Source of the DNA: Euglena gracilis
Taxonomy: Eukaryota
Assembly: GCA_039621445.1 (NCBI GenBank)
Contig: CP154954.1
Span: 744,001 to 808,000, forward strand
Direction of reading: 5' to 3'
DNA length: 64,000 nt
The position numbers and the translations under genes were made by a program. The notes under the pieces are model-generated. The model was given only the letters and a program-made list of their open reading frames with translations, ran no database searches and was not told where the DNA came from. Each line of letters begins with the position of its first letter. The first letter of the stretch is position 1. This document shows positions 61,123-64,000 of this stretch, piece after piece.

Positions 61123-61218
61123 TTTTGTTTTCTTTTATGAAACTTTTTTTTTGAAAAAATTTTATTATCTTAAAATTAATAAAATTTTTATTTTATTTAA
61201 AATATTTAATTAACTCAT
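61123..61218 (-). other. probable intercistronic group III intron between rps7 and tufA
   Basis: ATGAG (NUNNG) start at 61218 and ~96 AT-rich nt; such an intron is known in E. gracilis. Confidence 0.5.
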
Positions 61219-61285
61219 TTTATTAGAAAGATTTTGGTCAAATTTTATTTTTTATTTTTTTTAACGCTTAAAAAATTTATATATA

Positions 61286-61756
61286 TTAAAATTTCATATT
61301 TGAGAATGCTTTATTTGCTTCAGCTGTTTTATGTATCTCCTCTTTTTTTTTTACAGCTTCACCTGTGTTATTCGATGCATCAATTATTTCATTTTTTAGT
61401 TTTGTGGATATTCCTCTTCCTTTTCTTTCTCTAGCTTTTTCTATTATGAATTTTAATGCTAAGCTAGTTCCACGATCTTCTTTTACTTCTACAGGAACTT
61501 GATATATTGTTCTTCCGATACGACGCTTTCTTGTTTCCATTTGTGGAGATGCGTTTTTTATCGCTTTTCTTAGAATGTCTAAGGGGTCTTTTTTATAAAT
61601 TTCCTGTATATTTTTCATTGTTTCATAAAAAATATACTGAGCTAGAGTTTTTTTTCCATTCAATAATATTTTATTAATTACTTTACTTGCTAAAGTACTG
61701 TTATAGATAGGATCTTGTGATATTATTCTTTTTTTTGCTCTTCTTCTTCGAGACAT
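61286..61756 (-). CDS. rps7: ribosomal protein S7
   Basis: MSRRRRAKKR...GKKTLA...YQVPVEV...AEANKAF. Confidence 0.98.
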   Translation of the reverse strand: MSRRRRAKKRIISQDPIYNSTLASKVINKILLNGKKTLAQYIFYETMKNIQEIYKKDPLDILRKAIKNASPQMETRKRRIGRTIYQVPVEVKEDRGTSLALKFIIEKARERKGRGISTKLKNEIIDASNNTGEAVKKKEEIHKTAEANKAFSNMKF

Positions 61757-61833
61757 ATATATAAGTTAAATTTCTATTTTTCTAAATTTCTTTTTCAACT
61801 TTAGTGTTTTATTTTAGTTAATTTGGGTTGGTT

Positions 61834-62211
61834 TTATTTGGGTTTTGGTTTTTTTACACCGTATTTAGATCTTGCATTTTTGCGATTTTTTACACTTGCT
61901 GCGTCTAAACATCCACGTATTACGTGGTACTTTACTCCTGGTAAATCTTTAACTCTTCCACCTCTGATAAGGACTACTGAATGTTCTTGTAAATTATGCC
62001 CTATTCCTGGTATATAAGCTGTAACTTCTAACCCTGAAGAAAGTCTTACCCTTGTTACTTTGCGCAAGGCGGAATTTGGTTTTTTTGGTGTTGTTGTGTA
62101 AACCCGCATGCATATTGCGCGTTTTTGCGGGCATCCTTTTAATGCTGGTGATTTAGTTTTTCGTTTTATTTTTTTTCTCGGTGAGCGTGTTAATTGTTCT
62201 ATTGTAGGCAT
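61834..62211 (-). CDS. rps12: ribosomal protein S12
   Basis: [20 protein letters not shown]. Confidence 0.99.
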   Translation of the reverse strand: MPTIEQLTRSPRKKIKRKTKSPALKGCPQKRAICMRVYTTTPKKPNSALRKVTRVRLSSGLEVTAYIPGIGHNLQEHSVVLIRGGRVKDLPGVKYHVIRGCLDAASVKNRKNARSKYGVKKPKPK

Positions 62212-62987
62212 TTTAGTTTTTTATTCTATTTTAGGGTAATATTTATTTTGCTTTAAAATATTTTTATCTATTTTTTCTTGCGTTTTTTTTTTTAATCATC
62301 TTTTTGTTATGTGCGTAGGTTTTCTTTCGAAATAACAATTTATAAATTTACTTTTTTATATTTATATTTATATTCTAAAAAGAATTCTTTTTTTCATCAT
62401 AAATTTTTACTATTACATAGGTTATGTTTGATTTAGTTATTAGTTTTAATTTCTTTATTTTTTCAAATTTCCCAATGCATTAAAATGTTTTACTAATACG
62501 TATTTATTATTTTTATTTTTATAGTTTTGTATGATACATTATTATACATATTTTATCTATGCACGTATATTTTTTCCTACTCGTTTTTTGTATGATAAAT
62601 AGAATATTAAAATATATTCTTTATTTTTACGTTTTAATCGTAAGTAATTTTCTTCGCTATTTAAAATTTTTGATATATTATTTCTTTTTTTTTCCCAATA
62701 TTAATTCTAAAAAATCAGGATATGAAAAAGCCTAATATGAATTTCTTTTTTATAATTTTTAATAATTTACTTTTTTTTGTCTTCTTTTATTGCAGTAATT
62801 TTGAAATTTCTTAGGTTAGCTATTTCTTGGTCATAATCTTATTTCAATATTTTTAATGCAGATTTTCCTTTTACTTGTTTTAAAAACCAACAAAATAATT
62901 TTTTATCATATTATTTCCGGAAGTAGTTTTTTTTATTACCATATTACCCATTCGTTCGATAGTAAGAATTTTTCCTTTTTTTGGATT

Positions 62988-63362
62988 TCATAAGTTAATT
63001 CCTGTTGATTTCATAATAGGTTTTGATAAATGACTGAATGATTTAGAATCTCTAACGTTTATTTCAGAAAGTAGTTTTTTGTTTACATAGGTTTTCGTTT
63101 TTCTAAGAAAAGATACGAAAATATTATATTTTTCATTTATGGTTAGATAGTATTTTAGTCCACCATTTATTCTTGTTATCCACAATGTTTTATTTAGATT
63201 TTTTTTTTTTTTTTTGTTATAAAAAGCATAGTGTCTAGCTTTCATTAACTGTTGATTTCCTGTTCGAAAAAGTTTCGAATGTCCTCCAACCCATCCTTTC
63301 ATTTTTGATATTTTTCTTTTTCGCTTTTTTTTACTTATACCATTATTTTTGATTCGTGTCAT
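62988..63362 (-). CDS. rpl20: ribosomal protein L20
   Basis: MTRIK..., LWITRIN, NKKLLSEI. Confidence 0.95.
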   Translation of the reverse strand: MTRIKNNGISKKKRKRKISKMKGWVGGHSKLFRTGNQQLMKARHYAFYNKKKKKNLNKTLWITRINGGLKYYLTINEKYNIFVSFLRKTKTYVNKKLLSEINVRDSKSFSHLSKPIMKSTGINL

Positions 63363-63631
63363 ATGTATTTTGTTGATTAAAGTATTCCTAGAAATTAAAT
63401 TTTAAACATAATTCCTTTTGAATTTTTTACCTCTTTTATTGTATGTTTTACTTTAGATTATTTTATTTTTGTACTTTTTTTTGCACTAACAAAATTTTTT
63501 TCAGAATAATAATAATGATGGTTAGCTTTCTACAAACTTGCGTAATGTTTTTTTTAATAAAAATTCACATTTTTATTATAATGAAGTCTGTTTTTTTGTC
63601 ACTATTTATATATTATGTTATTATTATTCTT

Positions 63632-63793
63632 ATGTTGATATTAAAAGTATTTGTATACGCTTTGATTTTAATTTTTGTTTCATTATTTGTTTTTGGACTT
63701 TTGTCTAACGATCCTGGTCGTAACCCATATGATGATACAGGCGAGTTAATGAGGGAAGTCTTTTATAAAGATCCTTATAAAGGACCTTTATAA
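63632..63793 (+). CDS. psbI: photosystem II PsbI (53 aa, extended C-terminus)
   Basis: [32 protein letters not shown]... Confidence 0.93.
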   Translation: MLILKVFVYALILIFVSLFVFGLLSNDPGRNPYDDTGELMREVFYKDPYKGPL

Positions 63794-63867
63794 TTTAATA
63801 TTTAATTTTTATTATTATAAATAATAATCTTGTTGTATGATTATTTGATAATCATATAATATTTTTA

Positions 63868-63940
63868 GGGATTGTAGTTTAATGGTTAGAGCACCGCCCT
63901 GTCACGGCGGAAGTTGCGGGTTCGAGTCCCGTCAGTCCCG
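63868..63940 (+). tRNA. trnD: tRNA-Asp(GUC)
   Basis: Cloverleaf, anticodon GTC. Confidence 0.97.
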
Positions 63941-64000
63941 TTCCCTTTTTTATAAGTTTTTTAAATATTTAGTTTTTTGGATGATAAAATAAAATTTTTA

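Noticed and set aside
63443-63631. N-terminal extension of psbI in the ORF track
   Set aside because: PsbI homology starts at MLILK (63632); the upstream part is T-rich open frame.

Overview
This is a 64-kb stretch of a euglenophyte chloroplast genome, almost certainly Euglena gracilis. The evidence is the tandem rRNA operons, the 54-bp VNTR, group III introns and twintrons, a D1 without C-terminal extension, and ycf13. From left to right it contains: the 5' part of rpoB (-); three tandem 16S-trnI-trnA-23S-5S operons (-) with pseudo-tRNA leaders; an accessory region of unassigned ORFs next to the VNTR (putative replication origin); trnL(CAA) and chlI; the intron-rich psbD/psbC cluster with three maturase-like intron ORFs; trnL(UAA) and psbA; trnR, psaM, psb30, psbK and a tRNA cluster; and ycf4, tufA, rps7, rps12, rpl20, psbI and trnD. 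The most unusual part is 20-27.3 kb. It holds four tandem units that share a leader and a GGGAG ribosome-binding site in front of related ORFs, an inverted pseudogene of orf295 across the VNTR, a copy of the rRNA leader pointing into the VNTR, and a broken ORF with a receiver/TIR-like pattern. Two garbled segments (in 23S copy 3 and in the shared psbD/psbC intron) and several homopolymer frameshifts look like long-read assembly errors. Splice junctions were placed by eye and may be off by a few nt.
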